A stretch of 64,000 nucleotides of DNA from an uncultured delta proteobacterium (GTDB lineage Bacteria; Myxococcota_A; Polyangia; Polyangiales; B10-G4), in assembly GCA_963727445.1 (NCBI GenBank), contig CAVSGI010000020.1, positions 160,001-224,000 on the forward strand, in the 5' to 3' direction. The position numbers and the translations under genes were made by a program. The notes beneath the pieces are model-generated. The model saw only the letters and a program-made list of their open reading frames with translations, had not been told where the DNA came from and did not search any database. This document shows, piece after piece, positions 9,726 through 19,839 of this stretch. Numbering within the stretch: position 1 is the stretch's first letter; each line of letters starts with the position of its first letter.

Positions 9726-9829
9726 GGAGCGACGATCGCATATGGCGGGGTGCCAAAGAGAAGATCCGAGCGGAGAACGAACCACTCCCAGCCCCCGCGG
9801 TTCGAACGAGGGCCTCCTGGTTTCTCAGC

Positions 9830-10496
9830 GTGACGTCCTCAGGGGGGCTGTTGCGCTCTGACGCCCTCAAGACCGGGAACGTCGCCGAGGCCCTTCGTCT
9901 CGTGACGGAAGCGGCCACCCGCCTGCTAACGGTGCGTCGGGCGAGCGTGTGGCGTTTCGACGACACGCGGCAGCGCATCGAGTGCCTCGACCTCTACGAC
10001 TCCACCATGGCCGAGCACTCGGCCGGCATGGTGCTCGCCCGGGCGAACGCTCCGGCGTACTTCGAGGCGGCGCTTCAAGCGAGAGCTCGAGGCGTCGCGG
10101 CGCAACGTGCGGGCGCTCTTCGAGACGTCCCCCGTCGCCCTCGTCCTCACCGAGGTGGAGGGCGGTTCGGTGATTCTCGCGAATGCTCGAGCCGTCTCGC
10201 TCTTCGAGATGGAGCCGGAGACAGCGCGCCGATCGAAGATCACCGAGCTCTTCGCCCGTCCCGAGGAGCTCGCGACGGTCTCGGACCGCGCACGCGCACG
10301 CGGCCAGGTCGAGGGCGTCGAGGTGGAGCTCGCGACATCCTCCGGCCGGCGGTTCTTCGTCGCGGTCTGTCGAGCCGAGTGTCGCGCGACCGATGTGTTG
10401 GCCCGCTACGGTGGCGCGGGACTCGAGGCCTTCGCGCGGGGCGCGCTCAGCAACGCCGGCACTGACGTTGCCGCGGCGCGTCGCCCGAGGGATTGA
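9830..10496 (+). pseudogene. Internally deleted GAF-PAS-GGDEF diguanylate cyclase remnant
   Basis: Partial GAF (RRASVWRFD...IECLDLYD...APAYFEA), frame change into PAS (RALFETSPVALVLT...ANARA), then abrupt join to CRATDVLARYGG with the EEF and the rest of the domain missing. Confidence 0.7.
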
Positions 10497-10592
10497 GCCC
10501 AAGCGTCGGAACCGACGGACGGATCGGCGTGCAGTCGGCCACGTAGGGATGAGGGGGAGCATCCCCCCTCGATGAAAAGGGGAATCCACCTC

Positions 10593-11279
10593 ATGAAAAC
10601 TCTCACCTTTCTCTCGTCGCTTCTCGCCCTCTTGGCGCTCGCCTGCACTAGCGACACCGTCGGACCGCACGCCGAGCCCATCCTCGAGGGCCACTTCGGG
10701 GTCATCGAGGACTTCAACGGTCTGCCGGCGCTGAACGAGGCCTATACCTACGGGGGGCAGACTTACCTGGACGTGCGTACGCGCGGTGAGGGTTGGGCGC
10801 TGATGTCTGCGCTGACTCTTCAGGGCGAGCTCGGCCAGGGCGACCTCGCCCCTGGTTCCATCGTCCACGCCAGCGCTCGGGACTACTACGGCTGGGACGA
10901 CTTCCCCGCGGTCACCATGCTCGGGTGCGCTGGCCCCTCCGACGACGAGTGGTGGACCGACTGCGCCCCCGACGACATCGTGGTGCAGTTCGGCGAAGGC
11001 TCCTCACCCGAGAGCGTGCAGCTCAGCTTCGACGCCACCTTCCCCGAGGATTGCGGCGGCACCAGCGGCCCGCCCCCCGCCGAGCCGCCGCCTTATCCCG
11101 GCGAGCCCGTGCCGAGCGAGCCGACCGATCCCGTCGAGCCGCTGCCGGCGTCGAGCGGCGGCGCGCAAGTGATCCACGGCGTGATCGAGGTGCGCCTCGC
11201 CGACATCGCGGAGGGCGTGGTCGGGGTCGACGAAGCGCCGGTCCTGGCGGGCGCATCCGGGGGTGGCAACGCTCCCTGA
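10593..11279 (+). CDS. Hypothetical lipoprotein with Pro-rich segment
   Basis: MKTLTFLSSLLALLALAC lipobox; coding-like codon usage. Confidence 0.8.
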   Translation: MKTLTFLSSLLALLALACTSDTVGPHAEPILEGHFGVIEDFNGLPALNEAYTYGGQTYLDVRTRGEGWALMSALTLQGELGQGDLAPGSIVHASARDYYGWDDFPAVTMLGCAGPSDDEWWTDCAPDDIVVQFGEGSSPESVQLSFDATFPEDCGGTSGPPPAEPPPYPGEPVPSEPTDPVEPLPASSGGAQVIHGVIEVRLADIAEGVVGVDEAPVLAGASGGGNAP

Positions 11280-11349
11280 ACGGACTCGGGCGGCACATCG
11301 CTTCCTCGCGCGCGAGCTTCGTCCACGGCGGGCGAAGCTCGCGCTTCGC

Positions 11350-11634
11350 CATGTTCAACCCACGACGCTGCCAGCGCTCAGCGCGCGCACCGCTGAAGAC
11401 CAGCCAACCGGCGAAGACATCCGCCGCGCAGACCGCCGCGAAGATGGCGAGCAGCACGACGAAGATCTGGTGGGAGCAACGTTCGAAGAACGGGCCGCCG
11501 TACATGGGAAAGAAGTCCATGAACCAGGGCAACTCGCCATGGCGCAGGAGATGGGTCGCGACGAAGGGGGTCGGTGCCCCGAACCCCACGGCCACCAGCC
11601 ACGTCAGCACGGCCGAAACGCGCAGCGCCGTCAA
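11350..11634 (-). pseudogene. Truncated small membrane protein
   Basis: GAGAGGAG RBS and TTG start, two hydrophobic helices (GFGAPTPF...GGPFF), then the frame loses protein-like character; end position approximate. Confidence 0.5.
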
Positions 11635-11824
11635 CCCATGCTCCTCTCATCGCGAGCTCCGTCGCGATCAGACCCATGGTACGCCAACTACTGCGTTGGC
11701 GGCACGACCGATGGCACGGCCGCGTCAGCTCGACGCCGCCCGCAGGTGGTTCGCCGAAATTCTGACCGAAGCGACCCTGAGAGGGGTCGATCGGACGGCG
11801 TCGGATGGTGAAAAGCGCCTCGAC

Positions 11825-13234
11825 TCAGCTCCAGATGTCTTCGGCCAGCCGGGCAACCATCGCGGCGTGCGCCGCGCAGTCCGGCATGCCGGCGAGGCGA
11901 ATGATGCTGTCGTCGGTGGGAGTAGACGCCGCCTGAGAGAGCTCCCAGATGGCGAGGCGCTTGGCTTGCCGAATCTGCGCGCGCTCCTCGTCGGTGAGAC
12001 GTGGCTCGAGCCACGAAGCCACGGCCCACGACAGCTCGGCGTGTCGAATCTCGTCGTCGGCGACGACAGCCATCGTGCGTGCGACGCGTGGGTCGTGCGC
12101 CTTGAGTGCCTGGTGAGCCGCGACGAGCGCACCGTAGGTCTCGCGTACGCACCCCTCGACGGCGTTTTCGAGGGCGATCTCGAAGGCGCTTCGCTTCTTC
12201 GGAGTCCCCACCACCGCTTCGGCAGGTTCCGCACCGTAGACACGGCTGAGTTCACCCATCGACTCGGTGTGGCGCACCTCGTCCTCGCGCGCTTCCCGCG
12301 CGGCGTCGATCAGAGAAGGCGGCGCGCCGAGCTCCGTGAGCTCGTCGATCATGAGGTCGAAAGCGGCCACCGCGCTCGCCTCGAGCCGAGTGATCTCCGC
12401 GAAGAGATCGGCGACCGGGGTGACACTCTCGCGCTCGGCCGCGGGGGCGAGGCCCGCAGGGCGACGTCCGACGGGGCAGGTGACCCGGTCGTAGCTCACG
12501 GAGTCGACCTCGCGCATGGATCCGTCCGGGTCGACGGCCAGCCGAGCCTCCGTGACGGTTGCCATGCATGTCGCACCGCCCCCGACCTCCATCACCCCCA
12601 GGACGTCGAAGCCACCGGGCACAGTCGTCGAAGGCGCCACGCATCGTACGTCGTATCCGCCGAGATGTACGAGAAGGGCCGCGCCTCCCGCCGTGGTCAC
12701 CTCGCCACCCAGCATGGCGAGCGCTTCTTCCGGCGACGTGATGACGTGAGCGCCGTCGACGTCAGTGAAGACCAGCGCACGCTCCCGGGTGTCGGAGAGC
12801 AACCGCGTCAGCTCGTCGCCGCAGCCAGCGGGATCCATCGCGCCCGCACACTCTTCGCCTTCCGTCGAGACGACCTCGTAGAAGATGGGGGCGTCGTACC
12901 CATAGCCCAGCTCGCTGCCGATCAACGCTTTGAAGGACGCGAGCTCCGGAGCGATTCCGTCGAAGTAGTCGACGTTGGCGGGGTCGCAGAACATCGGTAG
13001 GTGGGGCGGAGGCGGGGAGGGAGGCGCGCCGTCCGCGAGGACGGCGGTGTCAGCCTCGGCGTCCGTGCCGCCATCGCCGGGACCCGCATGAGAGGTGTTG
13101 CACGCCGCGAGCGCCACCCCGAGAACGGTCGCGCGAGCCACCCCCCGGAGATACTGGCTCAAGTCGGCGCGAAGGTTCTGAGCGATGAGTGAGCGCAGGG
13201 TCTCACCCTCGGGCGTACAGGGGAGTGACGGCAT
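11825..13234 (-). CDS. Myxobacterial lipoprotein with C-terminal ferritin-like domain
   Basis: ALAAC lipobox, CPVGRRPAGL, LEASAVAAF, EDEVRH, ENAVEGCVRETYGA, DEIRHAELSW (two ExxH motifs). Confidence 0.88.
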   Translation of the reverse strand: MPSLPCTPEGETLRSLIAQNLRADLSQYLRGVARATVLGVALAACNTSHAGPGDGGTDAEADTAVLADGAPPSPPPPHLPMFCDPANVDYFDGIAPELASFKALIGSELGYGYDAPIFYEVVSTEGEECAGAMDPAGCGDELTRLLSDTRERALVFTDVDGAHVITSPEEALAMLGGEVTTAGGAALLVHLGGYDVRCVAPSTTVPGGFDVLGVMEVGGGATCMATVTEARLAVDPDGSMREVDSVSYDRVTCPVGRRPAGLAPAAERESVTPVADLFAEITRLEASAVAAFDLMIDELTELGAPPSLIDAAREAREDEVRHTESMGELSRVYGAEPAEAVVGTPKKRSAFEIALENAVEGCVRETYGALVAAHQALKAHDPRVARTMAVVADDEIRHAELSWAVASWLEPRLTDEERAQIRQAKRLAIWELSQAASTPTDDSIIRLAGMPDCAAHAAMVARLAEDIWS

Positions 13235-13635
13235 GGTGCGGCATTGTGCAGAAGCCAGGCCAGCCCTGTTTCAAGGGAATTTCATGGTCTTTCTGGAGCG
13301 CTGTGCCACGCTCGTGGCACGAAATCGCACAGGAAGGCGCACGTGGGAGACCCTCCGTATCATGACGCGCCTGATACGGGCGTGGTGCTCGACCGGGGCG
13401 TTACGATGCACCGTCGGCCGCCGTCTTCTCATGCACGGGCGGTTGGCCGAGGCCACGGTGATCGCTGCGAGGGTCCTGTCGAACAACCAGCCCTCGCTGA
13501 CCGTGGGGTTCGACCAGGGTGGGCGGCGCCGCGAGTTGCGCTGGTCGGCCCGGTGACGACTCGGTAGCCACCACCTCGGCAGGATGTCTCCACCTGGGCC
13601 AAAGCGGATGTTCACCGATTCGTGGTTGCGCGCCG

Positions 13636-14202
13636 TCAGGGCGTCTCGTCGTCGTCGATCTGCGCGCAGGGGGTTGCCTCGACGTCGCGGAGCCGAGCGC
13701 GCCGTGGGAGAGGCCGGTCGGCGGGTGGCGGCGGTGCGACCTCGGCGATCGCGCGGCGGCACTGGGCGAGCGCCTCGGCCGGGCTTCCGAAGAACTCGGC
13801 GCGGAACACGCTGATTCCGGGCTGGTATCCGAAGCGCGGCTCGGGTGCCCCCGCGGCCTCACGCATGCGCTCGATGAGTAGCTGGACCCGCCCGGTGACC
13901 GCGGACTGGTCCACATCGTACGGGCCACGGTGCGGCATGCTCCGGAGGTCGAAAGAGACGCGCGTGTGGACCGTCGGCGAGGGCGCGCCCTCCCGCTCGG
14001 CTTCGGGCTCGGCTTCGGGTGCGGCTTCGGGCGTGGCCTCCGTCTCGACTTCCGGTGCGGCGCGCGTCTCGGCTTCGGGCGCGGCTTCCGTCTCTGTCAG
14101 AGATGTGCCCGCGGCACGATCCTCTTCTGTCGGGCCTGCGCAAGCGACGAGCAGGCCCGCCACGACCATGGCGAGGCACGAGGTGATGGGAGTCTCGAAC
14201 AC
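13636..14202 (-). CDS. Hypothetical lipoprotein with Glu/Ala/Pro linker, possibly truncated
   Basis: LLVAC lipobox and EAAPE repeats; protein-like reading may continue in another frame below 13636. Confidence 0.55.
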   Translation of the reverse strand: MFETPITSCLAMVVAGLLVACAGPTEEDRAAGTSLTETEAAPEAETRAAPEVETEATPEAAPEAEPEAEREGAPSPTVHTRVSFDLRSMPHRGPYDVDQSAVTGRVQLLIERMREAAGAPEPRFGYQPGISVFRAEFFGSPAEALAQCRRAIAEVAPPPPADRPLPRRARLRDVEATPCAQIDDDETP

Positions 14203-14528
14203 GTCCGGAGGCTACGCGCCTCTCCGGGCACGGGCACCTACGCCGGGCAATGAAGCGTCCCCTCTCCGTCGTGTCCCATCAGCCGCACTCACCCCCGAGC
14301 AGACCCGCTTGAGCTCTGGGTTCGGGGCGTGGCTTCCGAACCAGCTCGTGAAGAAGGCACGCGCGAAGTCGACACCGAGGGTCCGCCAATCCTGCGACGA
14401 GCGCCAGCCGCCGACGCATCAACAACGCGGGCCGCAGGAAATGCGGTGTGGGGCGGGTCACAATGGGGGCCACCTGCCTCAGGACTGCAACGCTTGCGGA
14501 CGGCGCCACGTGATTCCCGACTATTCGA

Positions 14529-14544
14529 TGGCACGACGGTTGCT
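14529..14544 (+). promoter_or_regulatory. Sigma-54 (-24/-12) promoter
   Basis: TGGCACGACGGTTGCT is a full match to TGGCACG-N4-TTGCW, 32 bp before ATG14577. Confidence 0.85.
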
Positions 14545-14576
14545 CCGAGGCAGGGGCTTGCTTCTGACCGGGAGGG

Positions 14577-15041
14577 ATGGACTTGGCAACCTATCGATTT
14601 CCAGAGACTTCGCGGGTGGTGGTGCTCGTCGACGACGAGCTCCTGCTCCTTCGCGTGATGGGTCGAGTGCTCGAGGAGCTGGGCCATCGCGTGATGCTCT
14701 TCGACAATCCGCGGATCGCCGCCGAGTCCATTCCCCTCGAGCACGTCGACGCCATCCTGGTCGACCTGCGCATGCCCCACCTGTCGGGAGTGGAGCTCGC
14801 TCGTCGCCTACGCCAGCGGGATGTCGAACGCCGGACTCCCATCTTCTTGATCTCGGGTGACCCGGACGATGTCCGAGAGGAAGACCGGAGCCTCTTCACG
14901 TCCATCCACCGCAAACCGATGACCAGAGACGAGCTCGGTCGCTTGTTGCGAAGGACCGGCCATCGCAGCTCGCATACCCGCTTGCGGGTGCCACGGGGCC
15001 CGGAGGCCGACGAGGACGAGGCAGCATCCGGCACCGATTGA
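14577..15041 (+). CDS. Single-domain response regulator (receiver)
   Basis: VLVDDE, ILVDLRMPHLSG, ISG and RKP receiver motifs. Confidence 0.9.
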   Translation: MDLATYRFPETSRVVVLVDDELLLLRVMGRVLEELGHRVMLFDNPRIAAESIPLEHVDAILVDLRMPHLSGVELARRLRQRDVERRTPIFLISGDPDDVREEDRSLFTSIHRKPMTRDELGRLLRRTGHRSSHTRLRVPRGPEADEDEAASGTD

Positions 15042-15070
15042 ACGCGTGAACGCACCGCGGTAGCCCGCCC

Positions 15071-15928
15071 TCACGTCGGCTCGAGCATCCCGCGCAGCGT
15101 CTCCGGCGCCACCCGGTATTCGCTGCCGCAGTAGTCGCAGCTCATCTCGAGGTCGGTGCCGTCGCGCATCAAGTCCTCGATGTCGGCGCGGCCGAGGGTG
15201 CCGAGGCTGGCGATGACGCGGACCTGGCTGCAGTTGCAGCCGAAGCGGACGTCGGATTCGTCGAGGACGGTGTGCTCGATGCCGTAGAGGAGCTCGGACA
15301 GGAGCTCCTCCGGGGTGCGGGCGGCGCCGTCGAAGAGCTCTTCGACCGAGCGGAAGTCCTCGAGGCGCTCGGTCATCAACATCAGCATGTGCTCGCCGAG
15401 CTCGGGCAGGAGCTGCACGATGTAGCCGCCGGCGTCGCTGATCAGGCCGTCCTGGCCCATGCGGGCGCCGACGCTCACCATGCTCACCACCTGCTCGCTG
15501 GTTTGCAGGTAGCCCATGAGCGCCGAAGAAATGCGCCCGTCGTTAGGGATCTCGACCACGCCGCGATAGACGTTCCCGCGGGGCATGGTTCGCTCCATGT
15601 GCAATTGCCCCCCGGCGATCCGCATCTCGCTCCCGTCCTTCGGCTTTCGCACCAGGCCGCGCACGTCGCCGTCGGGCTTCGAATCGGCGACGAGCTGGCC
15701 CTTGCCCTCGTAGCCCTTGACGATCACCTGCACCCGCAGCGTGGGCGCCATGGTCTCGCGGTAGAGCACGGCGCCGGTGAGGAGCTCGGCGAAGCGAAGC
15801 GCGGTCGTTCCGGTGGCGCCCTGCGCGGCGACCGCCGCCCGGACGCTGTCGGTGGTGCGGGTGGTGATGACCCGGAAGCCGCCGTCGTCGGTGATGGCGC
15901 GAAGGACGCGGTCGCCCATACTGCTCAT
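15071..15928 (-). CDS. hslO: Hsp33 redox-regulated chaperone
   Basis: YLQTSEQV, AGGYIVQLLP, CNCS and CDYC zinc-switch motifs. Confidence 0.93.
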   Translation of the reverse strand: MSSMGDRVLRAITDDGGFRVITTRTTDSVRAAVAAQGATGTTALRFAELLTGAVLYRETMAPTLRVQVIVKGYEGKGQLVADSKPDGDVRGLVRKPKDGSEMRIAGGQLHMERTMPRGNVYRGVVEIPNDGRISSALMGYLQTSEQVVSMVSVGARMGQDGLISDAGGYIVQLLPELGEHMLMLMTERLEDFRSVEELFDGAARTPEELLSELLYGIEHTVLDESDVRFGCNCSQVRVIASLGTLGRADIEDLMRDGTDLEMSCDYCGSEYRVAPETLRGMLEPT

Positions 15929-15970
15929 GCCCAGGCTCTCCCACGACGGGGGCTCGGAGGCAAGGCGGGC

Positions 15971-17203
15971 TCAGGGCACGAGGCGCCCGATCTCGCGCGG
16001 TGGCAGAGCGCGACAGGGGGATGCCTCGACCGGATCCATCGGCGTGAGGCTCGCTCCATCGACGTGGAAACGGACAATGCCCGCGTCGGCGTCGGGAACG
16101 AGGAGCAGTGAGGTCCCTGCATCGAAGACGCCCACGCCGAGGACGAAGGTGCGTGCTGCGACGTACGGCTCCACGACGTCGCCCGTCGCCAGATCCACCA
16201 CGATCAGTCGGTCCGCGCTCTCGGCCTCGTCGATGGCCGGCGTCGCGACCCGCATCCCGCCCAGGGGGACGGGCTCCTGAGTGGGCACCGGGCTCTCGGG
16301 ATGCTCGGCGGCGCGCCACGTCTGCGCAATCTCCGGTCCCTCGCCGGCGTCGACGAGCCGAACGATGCCCGCGGTCCGGCGCCGCTCGGGGCTGCGGGCT
16401 TCGTAGGGGCCGGTGCAGAGCACGAGGACCGCATCACCCTCGGGGCTAGGCCGCACCGAGGGGCAGTTCGCGAGCCCGGGCAGGTCGAGGCCGATCACCG
16501 AGGGGGGGTCGAGGGTGACCACCGCGACCGCACCCGGTCCCACCACCCCGAAGTCGTAGCCGAAGCGACCCAGGCCGACCACGAAGGCATCGCCGAGCGG
16601 GGCGATCCGTCCAGGGCGCGCGAAGATGGTCGTCCCCTCGACGGTCGCGTCGAGGGCACCCATCGCGATGCGTGAGATCGGCCCGTCGTCGCCGACGCGC
16701 ACCAGGTCGTTGCCGGCGTCGAGGGGTGGGGCCGCGGGGTCCAGGTTCGGCTCGAAGCGACTCACGAGAAAGGTCCCGTCTTCCAGCCGGACGGCGTCGT
16801 GCGGGTTGGCTCGGAAGCCGCTGCTTCCCTCTCGCGAGGAGAGCTGGACGTCGAGCTGCGAAAGGACCGCCCCCGCGCGCAGATCGAAGCGGTCGACCAC
16901 GTCGACGCCGAAGCGGTCGAGGAGCATGAGCTCGCCTCCGGTGACCGGCGCGGTGGGCAGGCTCACGTCACCGCTGAGCGCCGCCACGATGCCGGGCGCG
17001 GCGCTCCCCGAGTCCACCCATGCCCCGTCGAGGAGCGCGCCCTCGGCGTCGAGGAGCGCGATCGCGCTCGAGGTGTAGTCGCTGTCGACCACCGCGAAGG
17101 ACGGAAGCGTCTCGAGCGCCGGCAAATCGGCCGCGGGGCACGGGCGCCCGTCGCTGCAACCGACGGCGAGGATCAGGAAGAGCGCGGGGACCATGCGCTT
17201 CAT
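15971..17203 (-). CDS. Beta-propeller lipoprotein in cobalamin-uptake operon
   Basis: LAVGC lipobox; SDYTSS and ANPHD motifs resemble the paralog at 19836-21104; start overlaps the TonB receptor stop (ATGA). Confidence 0.8.
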   Translation of the reverse strand: MKRMVPALFLILAVGCSDGRPCPAADLPALETLPSFAVVDSDYTSSAIALLDAEGALLDGAWVDSGSAAPGIVAALSGDVSLPTAPVTGGELMLLDRFGVDVVDRFDLRAGAVLSQLDVQLSSREGSSGFRANPHDAVRLEDGTFLVSRFEPNLDPAAPPLDAGNDLVRVGDDGPISRIAMGALDATVEGTTIFARPGRIAPLGDAFVVGLGRFGYDFGVVGPGAVAVVTLDPPSVIGLDLPGLANCPSVRPSPEGDAVLVLCTGPYEARSPERRRTAGIVRLVDAGEGPEIAQTWRAAEHPESPVPTQEPVPLGGMRVATPAIDEAESADRLIVVDLATGDVVEPYVAARTFVLGVGVFDAGTSLLLVPDADAGIVRFHVDGASLTPMDPVEASPCRALPPREIGRLVP

Positions 17204-19203
17204 CGGGCCCCTGTTCGCAAGGTGAGGTCGACGTAGAAGGAGCGCCCGGGAAGCGGAAAGCCGAGCACGTCCTGGCCGCGCACGTCGAAGAGGTCGGTGA
17301 CCACACCGTCGATCCGCACGCGCCCTTCGAGCACCGCCAGCCCCACGCCGGCGCCCACGCGGGTGCGTCCGGGCGTCACGACCAGATTCGCCGGATCGGC
17401 GTAGCTCCGATGCACGTGGGTCAGGTCGATGAAGAGATCCACGTCGCTGAGCGGCCCGAGGGGCCCGAGGGTTGCGCGCGGGCGTACGTAAGCCGTCAGC
17501 GTCGGCCGCAGCGGCAGACTCCGCTCGCGCGTCAGGTCCACCGCGTTCATCACCGTCAGCGCGCCGGCCACGCCCAGGTAACGGGTGATCGCCAGATCGA
17601 GGCCCGCCTCCACGCCGAGGACGCGTGCCTGCGATACGTTCTCGGGGATCGCCTGGTACTGACTGGTGCGCCGGTAGCGGATCAGATCCTCGACGCGAAG
17701 CGCGAAGCCGCGGGCCTCCACCCGCCCCCGGACGGGGCCCCAGCGTCCGACGGCGACCGCGCCCAGATCCCCGCCGACGGACCGTTCGGGCGAGAGCGTG
17801 GTGTCGCCGAGCAGGTAGCCGCGGTCGCCGAAGAGCTCGGTGAGCGTCGGCAGGCGCACCCCCGACGAGACCGAGCCCACGATCGCCAGGCCCCGCACCA
17901 CCTCCGCCACCGCGCCGAGGCGGAAGGTCGGGGCGGCGGTGGTGGTCGACGTCGCCCGTCCGGAATCCCCGGGGCGGATCTCCGTGAGCCGCGCGTGGTT
18001 GATCTCGATCCGCGCCGAGGGGCGCAGCTCGATGCGCACGTCGCCGATGCGCGGCTTCACGATCCCTTCGAGGGCGGCGATGCCAGCGTGGCGCTCGGAC
18101 GTCGCGACGGACTGGGACAGCGCGTCGTCGGGCGCGAAACGCTCGTAGCGATAGCCGGCGACCATCGCCGCGGAGAGCCAGTCGGTGAGGGCGAGCTCGC
18201 CGTTCGCCATCGCGTTCGCGACCAATAGGCCGTCGTCGGTGGCGCGACGTCCGAGGCCAATCTCGCCGTAGAGATCGGTGAAGCGATTCCGTTCGTAGGT
18301 CGCGCCGCCGTTGATGCCGAAGCTCAGAGGGCGGTCGCCCTCCGCCTCCTCGGCGTAGCCGACCATGCCGCCGTAGCGCGCGAAGGTTCGTCGCGTGGCC
18401 CGGGTCGGCTGTACCGCCGGTCCGGGGACGCCGCCCGTTCGGGTGTAGCCGAAGCCAATCGCGGAGAGCGTTCCGTCGCCCGCATCGGCGCGAAAGTGGG
18501 TGAGGCCGTAGCCCCGGTTGACGGCGCCGTTCTGTCGGGTGGCCTCCCGCTCGTCTCCGGGGGTCAGCGGCGTGCGGTCCTCCACGTAGGGGAAGTTGCC
18601 GTCGGTCCCGTCGTAACCCACCGCCGTCGTCATCGAGACGCCCCCCGGCCTCAGGCCGGTCGCGCCCACCAGGCGCACCGCGCGGGTCCCGAAGGAGCCC
18701 ACCCCCGTGCCGACCTCGGCGAAGGGGTCTTCCTCGACGCGCGGAACGAGGCGCAAGACGCCGCCGATGGCGCCGGTTCCGAGGCGCACGGGCGCCCCGC
18801 CCCGATAGACCTCCACCGCATCGAGGGTCGACACCGGGATGGTGGAGAGGTCGAAGGCCTCCCCATCGCGCCCGAGGGGCATCCGATCGAAGAGCACGCG
18901 CGTGTGCTCGCCGCCGGTGCCGCGGAGCGACAGCGTGGTGTAGCTGCCGAGGGCGCCGAGGGAGAGCGCGCGCGTCCCCGGGCTCTGTCGCAGGAGCTCG
19001 GCGAGGCTCTCTTGCGGGCGTCCGCGATCCGAGGTTTCGATCCTGGTCGCCGCGGCCGTCGGATCCTCCTCGCTGCCCGCGGGGATGGGCCGGTTGACCC
19101 GCGCCGTCGCCCCGTACTGCGCGCGCGCCTGAACCGGCGCGCCGAGCACGCAGAGGCTCGTCATGGCGAGCAGCCCGAGGGCGTGTGTCGTGCCGCGGAA
19201 CAA
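17200..19203 (-). CDS. btuB: TonB-dependent receptor, BtuB-like
   Basis: Plug motifs LSLRG and VEVYRGGAP...GAIGGVL, C-terminal DLFD...FPLPGRSFY; downstream of a cobalamin riboswitch. Start may be ATG19164. Confidence 0.85.
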   Translation of the reverse strand: MFRGTTHALGLLAMTSLCVLGAPVQARAQYGATARVNRPIPAGSEEDPTAAATRIETSDRGRPQESLAELLRQSPGTRALSLGALGSYTTLSLRGTGGEHTRVLFDRMPLGRDGEAFDLSTIPVSTLDAVEVYRGGAPVRLGTGAIGGVLRLVPRVEEDPFAEVGTGVGSFGTRAVRLVGATGLRPGGVSMTTAVGYDGTDGNFPYVEDRTPLTPGDEREATRQNGAVNRGYGLTHFRADAGDGTLSAIGFGYTRTGGVPGPAVQPTRATRRTFARYGGMVGYAEEAEGDRPLSFGINGGATYERNRFTDLYGEIGLGRRATDDGLLVANAMANGELALTDWLSAAMVAGYRYERFAPDDALSQSVATSERHAGIAALEGIVKPRIGDVRIELRPSARIEINHARLTEIRPGDSGRATSTTTAAPTFRLGAVAEVVRGLAIVGSVSSGVRLPTLTELFGDRGYLLGDTTLSPERSVGGDLGAVAVGRWGPVRGRVEARGFALRVEDLIRYRRTSQYQAIPENVSQARVLGVEAGLDLAITRYLGVAGALTVMNAVDLTRERSLPLRPTLTAYVRPRATLGPLGPLSDVDLFIDLTHVHRSYADPANLVVTPGRTRVGAGVGLAVLEGRVRIDGVVTDLFDVRGQDVLGFPLPGRSFYVDLTLRTGAR

Positions 19204-19206
19204 CGT

Positions 19207-19839
19207 CTACTCGCGGTGGATCACCGCAATCGCGTCGAGGTCGAAGCCGACGTTGTCGCCGCCGAAGCCGCGATCGATGCCCGCGTCTTCGATGCGGACG
19301 AAGCGCGCGCGCGACATGCCCACGACCTCGAGGTCGAAGACGTCACCTCCCGCCGCGACCGGGTCGGTGGGATCGATGTCGTTTTCGTCGGCGTTGGCGA
19401 AGACCGGCGCGAGCCCCGCGCAGCCTTCGAAGTCGGGGCTGTTCGTGTCGCAGGGGAACGGGGTCCAGGTGTCGCCGTCCTCGCTGAGCGAGACGATCCC
19501 CGGTTCGGTGAAGAGCGCTGTGCCTGCGAATCGAAAGGCGTTCTCGAAGACGATCATGTCCGCGCCCGGGCCGTCGACGACGGTGGAGCCGAGCTCGAGC
19601 TCGATGGTGCCGTGCAGGCCGAGCGAGAGGGTGTCCGTCGAGCCCATGCCGAGGCCGCCGCCGTGCGGCGGGCCGAGGACGATGTCGGGGAGCATGGCCT
19701 CGCCGAAGCCCGCCCCTTCGCCGAGCTCGTAGTCCATCACGCGGATGGCGAAGGCGCTTCCGGGCGCGAGGTCACCATCGCCTCCGCAGGCGCCGAGGGC
19801 GAGGGACAAGACGAGCGCCGTTGTCGTCGTCCGCCTCAT
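19207..19839 (-). CDS. Cell-surface lipoprotein, BtuH-like candidate B12-binding domain
   Basis: ALGAC lipobox; LSLG...DMIVFENAF...EPGIVSLSEDG...GGDVFDL...FVRIED; ATGA overlap with the upstream gene. Confidence 0.75.
   Translation of the reverse strand: MRRTTTTALVLSLALGACGGDGDLAPGSAFAIRVMDYELGEGAGFGEAMLPDIVLGPPHGGGLGMGSTDTLSLGLHGTIELELGSTVVDGPGADMIVFENAFRFAGTALFTEPGIVSLSEDGDTWTPFPCDTNSPDFEGCAGLAPVFANADENDIDPTDPVAAGGDVFDLEVVGMSRARFVRIEDAGIDRGFGGDNVGFDLDAIAVIHRE

Noticed and set aside
10551..10570. GAGGGGG...CCCCCTC hairpin before the 10593 lipoprotein
   Set aside because: A single short GC-rich stem with no other support.
13315..13329. TGGCACGAAATCGCA as a sigma-54 promoter
   Set aside because: GG-to-GC spacing is 9, not 10; kept only as part of a palindrome.
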